DNA from: Chrysomallon squamiferum
Taxonomy: Eukaryota; Animalia; Mollusca
Length of the DNA: 64,000 nt
Direction of reading: 5' to 3'
Assembly (NCBI GenBank): GCA_012295275.1
Contig: CM022679.1
Coordinates: forward strand, 21,514,001-21,578,000
Position 1 is the first letter of the stretch, and each line of letters begins with the position of its first letter. The position numbers and the translations under genes are program-made. Under the pieces are notes generated by a model that searched no databases, had not been told where the DNA came from, and worked only from the letters and a program-made list of their open reading frames with translations. Below, in pieces: positions 54,030-64,000 of this stretch.

Positions 54030-54204
54030 ATCGAAATATAAAACGGAACTTGATCCAATTGCCCACAGTGGTGTAGTTTTCAAAGAAGTGGTTCATGATC
54101 CTAACTATAAATACAGAGTGCAGAGATTTTCTCGCTGTCCTCCGCTCCATGTCGATCCTGTGTACAGCGTCATGTATCCAGGATCGTTTAGTTACTCGTC
54201 ATGA
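54030..54204 (+). CDS. Alternative terminal exon V1
   Basis: tttttag|, phase 2; (R)SKYKTELDPIAHSGVVFKEVVHDPNYKYRVQRFSRCPPLHVDPVYSVMYPGSFSYSS-TGA. Confidence 0.75.
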
Positions 54205-57200
54205 TGTAGGTCTAGTGCTAGTCTTTGTATACTCTACAATAATACTGCTTGGGAAATGATGTTTTCTTTATTTGCCAGAAATGTTTAGGCCTCCGTCTTT
54301 CAATGTTAATATTTCTTTTTATTTATTAATGACAGAAGTTGTATAAAACAGACTTGGTTGCTTGATATTTGAAACTGATAATGTTTTTTTCAACCAAATT
54401 TGAAGTGTAAACATATAAATAAATAAAAATCAAGAAAATCTTAAATAATGACAGATGTTTCAGTTCATGTAACGCTGTTTGCCATAGCTTTACAGATGCA
54501 GTTTAAAATATATATTTTAACATGTTAGGTTTATTTTTGTTTAATGTCCAAATAAGAAAATAAGAATTACATATCTTCTGGCATAAGACATCATTTCTTT
54601 CTCTCTGTCATTTGCTTTTTCAATATTAACACAGCTGTTTGTTTGTTGCACATTATATTTTCTAAGCAGTTACATGCTTTTCTATAGTTTAGCTTTGTGT
54701 GCCTATTTCTTTCAAAAAAAGTTGTTCATTCCTCAGCCAAAAAAGAAAAGTATAATAACATAAATAACCCCCCCCACAACAAACCACTAAAAAAAACAAA
54801 AGAGTAATTAAATATAAAGACTTAGAACAATTTAACAAGATGAAATAAATGATTAACAAAGATAAAATTCCAAATTTCATACCTTAGAAATGTGCCAGAA
54901 AGTTTAGCAAACTGTAATGATACAAAATACCGTTGACATCTGATAATATACTTGTTTCATAATGATGTTGGTCACAAGATGACAGCTTTTAATAACTGTC
55001 AAGTAAAATCTAATTTCTTGTTGCCATGGTGATCATATTTAAATTTTTGTAAAGATGAACATATATGGCAAAATTACTAACTATTTTATGTTTAGCAATC
55101 AACAAATAAAAGATGCATTGAAACAGTAATCAACATTTTGTTAAGACATTATGATATAATTGTTTCAGTGTGAAAAATAGTAAATTGCTATAATAATAGT
55201 TTTTGTAATTTAGAAAGATATATCTAAATAAGCTTCAGAGACTAAATTTATAAAGTATGTTTTTCTTGCATTCTGATGTTTAATCGTCGGAAATAATAAG
55301 TAGTAACATTTAAAAAAGTTTATTATTTGCTTAATTTTATTTATTTATAAAATTTGTAACTGAAAAACTCCACAAATAAACAAAATAAATAAATAAAATA
55401 AAAATGAAAACAAAGCCTTCCAAAAAAAGTCTTGATTTGGTCACACACACACACACACTAAAACATATTCATTTTTCTTGTGGATTTTCACTATTTTTCC
55501 CAATAATTTTGAGATTTCTTTCTTTAATTGTTAGTTTTAATGAAATATTCATTAAAATATATAAACCAAATATATAAACTGAAATAATAAAATCTAGTAT
55601 CTTCATTTAGTGTATAACATGCATTTCACTTTTACATCATTTACTAAAATTGACAAGGTGTTATCATGAAATGTAATATGTATATATTTTGTACTGCTTA
55701 AATTAACCATGAAAATAGACCATGTTTTATTTATTTATTTATTTTTTAAAATAAAAATTTATAATTTATTATTAGATGCCAGTTTGAAAAATGCATTTCA
55801 TTACATGTTTATCTGTGTTAACTGTCATTATTTGCTGTTCTTGAAAATGAATCATTGCATTTTCTCGCTGCTTTAATTTAACCTGCTAATCACAAAAATG
55901 CAGCATATGTTTGTTTCTTCATGGCTTTACATCTGATTGCTAATCATAAAGATGTCATATTCATTAGGTTTCTGCAGTTATATCCAACTGGACAACAGTT
56001 AATTTATAAACATGAAAATGTAACATTCATTTTGATAAGTTTCAACAGTTTAAAAATAACAGTTAATCCCTAACCATGAAACCAAGACATTTGTTTCTAT
56101 TAGTACTTTAACATAACAGACAAATTCATTAGTTCTAATCATTCTTCACCTGCTGTTTTTCTTATTAAAATTTTATTTTATTTTATTTTATTTGTAATCA
56201 AATACTTTAATTTGGCCATTATTTTAGAATTTCAATTTTTATAATGAATTTTATCTTGTGTTTTAAAACATTATCTCTTTCAAAACTGACTGTATTTATG
56301 CACTTGCTTTGGTGTTCTTCAAAAGATATTCCAAGTTTACATAAATTAATTTTACTGTCCTTTTCATTCAAAAAAATATTGTTATCATAATTGCTTTAAA
56401 TCCTTTTTGGTTTGATTATTATGCCTTTACTTTTGATTATTATTAATATTATCATCATTGTCATCATCATTGTCATGATTATCATCATCATAATTTTTTG
56501 TTTTAAAGAAATTACAAGCATTTACATGTAATGTATTGGTCCAAAAAGAAGTTAAAAAATAAGTGTAGCTTTTTACATTACAAATATTTTTAGTTTTTCT
56601 TTATGAGTTAATTGTCTAAGTATCATAATCACATTGAGTAAATGCTTGGGGTACCATGTATCTTCTGCAGACAAACAAAAAACATAAACAAAAAAGGACA
56701 ACAAATTTAAAAACTTTTGTTTTAAATAAAATGGGATTAATTGGAATGATGTTCTGGTTTTTCTGAATCAATGTCTATAGCACACTTTAGTTCTTTCAGA
56801 TATTTATTTTTTTAAACAGGAGGTGTCTTTCACGTAAAAACAACCCCACAAAAAATCAACAAACAAAAAACTTTTGTAATCATATATATGATTTGGTAAT
56901 GATATCACTGGCTTTCTGTTTGTCAAAATGTTTTTTTAAAGTATTTAGACATGCCTGGGTGATCCAGGTATTCCTGTAAGATTTATGACATTCAGCTGTT
57001 GCTGGTGTTTGAATCAGGTTGAATACATCAGTCTGATACTATGTATTTTGAGTGAATTCAGTAAGTCCATAAATCTATTTGTTTAATCACTGAGTAGTAT
57101 AACTGACAATTAAAAGAACAAAATAAATACTTTTTATATTTTATTATTATTATTTTATTTTTGTAAACCTTGATTTAGTTTGTTACCTAAATAAAGAGTT

Positions 57201-57945
57201 TCAATGATATATGCTCATTTTAGATGAACAAATCAAAACAAGCATATCAGTAAGATAGTAAAAACATTCTGAGACAAAAGTTTATTCATAAAATTTAAAT
57301 AGACTGACATCAAAATATGCATATGAAAAAACTAATCTGTTAATGTACCTGTTTGATTGCATCCCACTCTGGTTAGTGTCCAGTGACTCATTTACTGTGA
57401 TAGAACATGATTCTTTCTTACTTCTTACTGATCTAAGGGAAGGTGCAAACAAGATCCATTTTTGCTAGGTGATAGGAATAGACCATAGAATGGTTGGTCC
57501 CCTCTCTTGTATAATCACCAAGTATGAGATTTGTTGAAGTGTCATTAAACATTTCTATCATTTCATTTCATAAAAAAAGGACTGATTTATTTATTATTGC
57601 TTGCTTTTTTTCCATTTTATTCCTTTTTTTTTTTTTTTTTTTAGTATTATTATTATTTTTTAATTTACTTATTATAATTATTAATTATATATATATTTTT
57701 TTAATTTATATATTTTCATTCATTTTTTTTTTTTTTTGATCAAAAGACAAGATTATCATGACTCATTTTTTCTATACATAATAAAAATAATTGCATGGTT
57801 CCTATTGGGATTATTTATCCATTTGTTGAGGGTGATAGGATACTGGTTGTATGTCTCAGAGTTCTGTTAATGTTACCTCATTTGTTTGAATGGTATATTC
57901 ACTGGGCAGGAATTCTGAAAGGTTAAAATTTGTATGTATTTGCAG

Positions 57946-58192
57946 AAATCAACTGCCGATGTTTCGAGTGGGAAAGGAGGGCTATGACATTCGGTACCGA
58001 AACCGCCAGAATCTGGCACCACATTGTGACAAAGCATTTGCAGTGCTTTATCCCAGCAAAGACAATTCAGATTATATATGTGATAAGAATAAAACAAACA
58101 GACGTATGAATATAATGATGGACAAATATGATGTGGCGAGGAAAGTCAATGGAGATTTCCATGTTAAAGTTTTGGATGCCACACCACCATAG
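57946..58192 (+). CDS. Alternative terminal exon V2
   Basis: tttgcag|, phase 2; (R)NQLPMFRVGKEGYDIRYRNRQNLAPHCDKAFAVLYPSKDNSDYICDKNKTNRRMNIMMDKYDVARKVNGDFHVKVLDATPP-TAG. Confidence 0.75.
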
Positions 58193-58284
58193 AAAAATCC
58201 AATTTTTTTATTATTTTTTTTTTTAGTGATTACTAGTGTATTTTATTTTACTGATGATAAAAAACTATTCCAAATATATTATTT

Positions 58285-58315
<31 letters not shown>

Positions 58316-59367
58316 TGTTTTTGTGTGTGCTGTTTTCATACAGTTTCATTTAATGGTTTCAGTTCACATGGATATAAAATAGTAACAAGATTGTTCTCAC
58401 AGTAAAGTGTACAAATAACATTTAGAGTTTGTAGATACATTAAGTTTCACCTGTAACCAACAATTCAGACATTTTGAAAATTTACAGTTTAAAAATCCAG
58501 TTGTCCATTTAGTACCATTCACTGCTGATGAACATTTAAATGAAATGTATAGTCAAAAGACAGACAGACAGACAGACAGACAGATAATGTTCACATCTTT
58601 ATTATTCAATTTTTATTTATTTTTTAACAGAGAAGAGGTGTGCACATCTGGCAATATATACTATTTATTTGTTTTGAAATGGACATAGATGATAACTGAT
58701 TTTGTATATTTCACCCATAAAAAAAATTGTTTATGTTTGTGTTAAAATTGCATATAGTATCCTAATCATGTTAGTCAAAGGGTGGTTTTCATAAATTTTG
58801 ATTATCTATTTAATGTAGATAATACAAAAGTTTCAAATGATGTTACAGTGAATAGGAAAACTTGTTTGCTTTTTTCATTTTTGTTTGTTTGTTTTACTAT
58901 GAATAATTTCAAAATTTTAAACCATTATTATTTTCTTTTATATATATATATATTTATATATATATATTTACAACAAAATAAACAATAGAAAGGCTTACTG
59001 TTTCACTTTTATTTAAAATATATGTATTGTAAGTGTCTTCAGAAGAAAAAAAGAGATTAAAACCTGAACATTTTCATTTTTGTTTTCATCACATTTTTTT
59101 TTTAAAAAAAAATAAAAAAAAAAAAAAAATAATAATAACAAGATAAGAATACATTAGTTAAAATTTAAAAAAAAAAACGAACATAAAAAAATATGAAATT
59201 ACTATACTGGCATAGTGCTTACAATCAGAACAGTTGGTCATTGAATATTTGAATGAATTAATGAAAATTTGTTTTCTATACCTTTCCAAACAATATATAT
59301 GCCTGAAACGGGTTTCTGTCACACTGGCTAAAGAGTTGTATGGCTCTGATTTTTTTATTATTTGCAG

Positions 59368-59542
59368 GAGAAGCACTGATTTGAGCACCATTATTAAACA
59401 GAGGGTGGTCTTACCACCAAAACCAAAGCCTGGTTCCTTAATGATTTTTGAACCAGTAAAGAAACCACAGCCATCATCCATTCGCAACCTTCAACGAGAT
59501 CATGTTTACAAGATTTTCCATCCCTATGATTTTAACACATGA
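59368..59542 (+). CDS. Alternative terminal exon V3
   Basis: tttgcag|, phase 2; (R)RSTDLSTIIKQRVVLPPKPKPGSLMIFEPVKKPQPSSIRNLQRDHVYKIFHPYDFNT-TGA; AATAAA at about 59582. Confidence 0.75.
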
Positions 59543-60448
59543 TTTCTTGTATCATCCTGCTTCAAAAAAAACCCAAATCAAAATAAACATCAACATTCAT
59601 GTAATTAAAAGATTCAGCTCTATTCCAGTTTTGTCACATAAAAATGTGTGTAAATGTTGTGTGTGGTTATCGGTTAAGTGTAAATGTGTATCATTTTTTA
59701 TTTTGTTTTTTTTCCCCAATTCTTTGAACACACAAAGCTCTTTTTGTAAATAACATACACTGTTCATTTGCACCTTTTGTTTAGTCATTAACATAACTGG
59801 CTATGGGCATCCTTTGTGTGAAGTGTTTCTAACAATTAACATAATTTTTAAAAATAATTTTAAAGGATTTTTAAAATTATTTGCTTTTTGTGTTGGTATT
59901 TTTATTTTATTTCATTTTCTAAATTATCCCAAGATGTAGTTAATTTATTTTTAAGACATGTTAATTTACAGAAGTACATTTTATTATTATTATTATTTTT
60001 TATTTTATTTTTTGTCATTTTGGAAACAACAATTATTCAGGTGTTCAGAATAGTTGCTGATAAAATAAGGTTTAAAAGAAAACCAGGAAATAGTGAAAAT
60101 ATATTTCTTTAATAGTCTTACACAAAAAATTCATAAAAGTTTTAAAAAAGAATTTTCGAATTTCACATTTATAAATATCTATCTATGTATCCATATATTG
60201 TTTTTAACTCTTTAAAATTACAGAGTTGCCTAAATAAATAAAAAATAAAAAGCTTTTAAAGGAAGTCAAAACAAATGATTTTAAACAAAAGTATAGTTTG
60301 TGGGCATTTTTGTCATAAATTGTTTGTCTGGTAAAAATTATCTTGGCTTGGAGCTTTATGTTCACCATTCATCAAATGATTATCACTTGGGATGAAACAG
60401 AAGCAAGGGACAGCTTTTATCTTGTAACTTAATTTTATTTTATTTCAG

Positions 60449-60605
60449 AAGTGGATCTCCAACACCGCACAGAATATTTCATAGAAAAGCCAACTACTCG
60501 AACATTTCTGAAGATAAAATTTATTCCATTATGCGACCCAAACAAGTGAACTACAGAATTCCCAGGGACCAGTTGCCTCCTCGAAAACCACATTTTAAAG
60601 TTTAG
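60449..60605 (+). CDS. Alternative terminal exon V4 (too short for the ORF track)
   Basis: ttttatttcag|, phase 2; (R)SGSPTPHRIFHRKANYSNISEDKIYSIMRPKQVNYRIPRDQLPPRKPHFKV-TAG. Confidence 0.72.
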
Positions 60606-60801
60606 ATAGGCTCACATTAACTGTTTAGATATAAAATTTTGTTTTAAAGACCCCCCCACACCTAAAAAAAAAGAACAACAAACAAAAAACAAAAACAAAA
60701 CAAATTTGTAACATGCACTAGTAGTCTTAATCCTTAATTGTTAGAGAAGCACTGATTAGGTGTAGATATCATGATAAACTCTCTGTTTGTTTTAATATCA
60801 G

Positions 60802-61006
60802 GACTGACATCCTTTGGGCTGGTGTAGAAAGAAACAGACAATTGTATGATCATAGCCGGATTGGACCTATAACTGATAGGTCAAAGAGATTGCTAAAGAG
60901 AGAATTCAAGTGGTTGGAAGACAATGTGCCATTCGGTGGTGTGGGGAAATGTTACGTACTAGAGGACTTTATTTGTCCAGATTTTAAGAAGAACAAGTAC
61001 CCATAA
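60802..61006 (+). CDS. Alternative terminal exon V5 (not in the ORF track)
   Basis: ttttaatatcag|, phase 2; (R)TDILWAGVERNRQLYDHSRIGPITDRSKRLLKREFKWLEDNVPFGGVGKCYVLEDFICPDFKKNKYP-TAA. Confidence 0.7.
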
Positions 61007-63041
61007 TAAGAAAGTAACAAAAAAAAAATCAACTAATATACAAGATTTTTATTAATGTTGTCTGAGGAGGTTTTTTGTTTTTTGTTTGTTTTTTTCATTT
61101 GGCTCACATTTTTTGTTTGCTCCAGTTTTGTTTTTGTGTTTATCACATTTTGAATTACTTTTTTTGTTTTTTTTTTAATCTTTATTACTAATAAATGTTT
61201 TTGGATTTTGTTTTACTGTTTTGGTTTGTATTTACAAACATCATTAATCAATTATACCTTTTTAAATATATATATATTTTTTAAATGTGTTGTTTTGCAC
61301 CATGAATTTACAAAGACAAAAATATATATTTGTTAAGCATATTCTTTGAAATGCATATATGTAATAAAAATAGAAACAAATTATATGTCACTATTATTTC
61401 TAATGTTTTCAAAATGAAAAAAAAAAATGAAAAAAAAAAAAATTAACAACTTTTGCCAAAAAATAAAAAAAAATCATTTTAAAAAATGTATTAAATACTA
61501 ATAAAATAAAAACTGGTACAAAATAAAGTGTTTTTTAAATAAAAACTGTAAGATGTATATATTTTAAGAACATTTAAACAATCTGTGACATAAATTTTCT
61601 TTCTTTTTTTAACATACATATCTTTTGCTATTGATTTATTATTTTTATTTTTATTATTTTATGTTTGTTTATTTTCAATTAATTATTATAAGTGTATTTA
61701 TCTCAAAGTCTTTTTGCTGTGATAATTGGTGTATTAAGATAGATATAAGAATGTTATGGTTGTGGCTGTATTATTTACTGAGAAATTTAGATGTATATTT
61801 ATAATGCTAGTTTTTTTTCTTTTTGTTTTTTAAAATTCTTTATACATTGTTTATGTACACAAATTTAACTAATTCCCTTATTTGTCAGTATTATTCAGAA
61901 TTATATATATATATCTTTTTTGTGATAGAGTGTAAATACATTTATGTATGTTGCCAGTGAATATTTGATTGGATGTATTAAGAATACTTTTTTAACATTT
62001 AAAATATATATTTTTTTATATTCCATCTTCTTAGCACTAGCTTCAGTGATTTTAAACCAGTTAATTCAGAATATAAAAAGCTAAAGTGATTATAACCTTA
62101 AAAATATATATACTGCAATCTGAATATGTTTTTATCTATTTATTTTTAAGATTTAACATGGTATTGCTACCTAAAACAGAAACACAAAAATTCAAATACT
62201 CAATTTTCACATAATAATATATCAAGGAAATTCTAGATTTTACAAATGTGAATTAATATAGAAATTACATTGAATTATGGGAAATTGATAAATATTTTGA
62301 TGAAGAAAACTGGTTAATGAAAATGTATTTTTAAATGTGTGAATTGGAAGGGGTTTGCATAGTAAGCTAAAATGTATTATTGTTAATGAAGGCAGATATA
62401 AAATAAAGTACAGTTATGAATGTTTTTATGTTGACATACTGTTTATCTGTAACCAGTATCCTTTCTGTTTTTAATTTCATTTTATTTCTTCTTTTTGTTA
62501 AAAGGAAAATGTGTGTGAATTAATGTTCTTGTTATACAGAAAATAATTTATTGTTACAATTGTTTTTTAATGTTATTTGTAAATGCTTTGTGTGATAAAC
62601 CTTTGAACAGTATTAGATTATCACTTTTCATTTTAAATGAAAGTGTTTTTACATGGTTGTTTTAATAATAAAATAATTATAACAAAAATAAATATATGTT
62701 GTTGGTGTTTTTCTTTTTATTCTTTCCTTTTTAGAAAAATAATACAAATTAATAATAATTTTTTTTGCCAGCTTTTTTATTATGTATAGAAAATTTGTAA
62801 AGTTAAAAGAAATAAAAAAAAAAAAAAAAAAAGGACTGTACTGGTCAGCAATTATAAACTTCCACATTACAATAAATATTTAATCTGTTAATATTTGATG
62901 TGCTCTATTCTACTGGTATAAAAAGACACCTGTGTATCTTGAACTGAGAATTTATAACCAAATTTGGTTGAAATTTACACAATGTAGAATTACAAAAAGC
63001 TAATAATGTTTTAATGACTTTATTATGATAAACTAGAGTAC

Positions 63042-63074
<33 letters not shown>

Positions 63075-64000
63075 CAAATAAATAAAAAAGTTAAGATTAA
63101 AAGATTAAATAAAGAGAAATTAATAAATATCATTTTTTTTCTCTCTTGACCAGATTTGTAGGTATGTCTTTATTTGTTTTTAATTTTTCTTTTTACAGTT
63201 TTTCACTGATATGTATCAATGCATAACCTCTACACATTTCTGAAAACATGTACATAACACAATGACCATATTTTTAACTAATGATGGTAAGAGATGTTTC
63301 AAAATGTTTATTTTCATCACAGCCTCACTAAATATATATAAAAACAATTGTTTCTGATGTCTGAACCAGCATTTACAGACAAGCTCATACATATTAAAGG
63401 ATAGCAACATTCATCAAACTACCATCAGAGTGTCTGTGTAGCTTTCTTTACTGGTAATGATACAAGTCAACTGAAAAGTGCAGATGTATGAAGCAATTCT
63501 GATGTGAAGGAAATCAGAACAAAACATTTGAGTTTTTAAACAATTTAAAACAACACATCAGCTTAAATTTAAAAAAAAATGAAAAAAGGATTTTGAAATG
63601 AATGGACTGACGGAGTGGATTAACTCCAGCCAAAAATAAATAAAATAAATAATAACAAAATAAAGTGAAAAAGAAAAGAATAGCATAAAGTAAAGTTTTG
63701 CTGATTTTGGGTTGTTTTGTTTTTTTTTGGTGTGTGGTTGTATATGTTTGTTTGTTCATATTTGTGTGTGAATGCATTTGTTATTTATATGTGTAAGCAT
63801 TTTTTTTTTTCACATTTTATTTTTCAATATGAAACCAACTAACCATTGCAGTGCTGAATGTAACAGCTACTTGGAAATAGGCCAGTTAATAGTTATGCCA
63901 CATATAGCCTTACTTGCCAGTATATAGAATTCAGAGATAATTTTAAAAAAAAAAAAATCCAAAGGTCTTTTAAGATCTAGTATTTCTGGTCATATAAACT

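Noticed and set aside
56820-56979. Phase-2 open frame after an AG acceptor
   Set aside because: Runs through A-rich and T-rich low-complexity sequence and lacks the motif and composition of V1-V5
58631-58688. Short phase-2 frame (REEVCTSGNIYYLFVLKWT) after a good acceptor
   Set aside because: Too short to distinguish from chance
63154-63226. 8-nt microexon cag|ATTTGTAG|gtatgt followed by another acceptor at 63198
   Set aside because: The implied 37-nt intron is implausibly short and the resulting peptides are uninformative

Overview
Very AT-rich, microsatellite-rich animal genomic DNA with GT-AG introns; a lophotrochozoan, probably mollusc, origin is inferred and not proven. Almost all listed six-frame ORFs are simple-repeat artefacts. 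Three spliced genes were reconstructed by hand. (1) + strand 5849-29041: the last 18 coding exons (630 aa, N-terminus outside the window) of a GAF-A/GAF-B class I phosphodiesterase, PDE11-like. It has candidate in-frame microexons and several splice junctions copied into tandem repeats, including a 7-copy array of a splice acceptor in the catalytic domain. (2) - strand 46991-38559: a complete G3BP/Rasputin gene (NTF2-like, acidic, RRM, RGG; about 462 aa). Two of its introns hold clusters of box C/D snoRNAs: four SNORD16/U16-like copies and three copies of a guide for the 18S Gm601-equivalent site. (3) + strand from 49459, head-to-head with G3BP: a small uncharacterised gene whose N-terminus resembles CCDC200. 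Two constant exons are followed by at least five divergent, phase-matched, stop-containing alternative terminal exons, four of which share a D-x-h-[YF]-x-h-h-x-P motif (h = hydrophobic). This constant-plus-variable cassette array is the most novel-looking system in the window.
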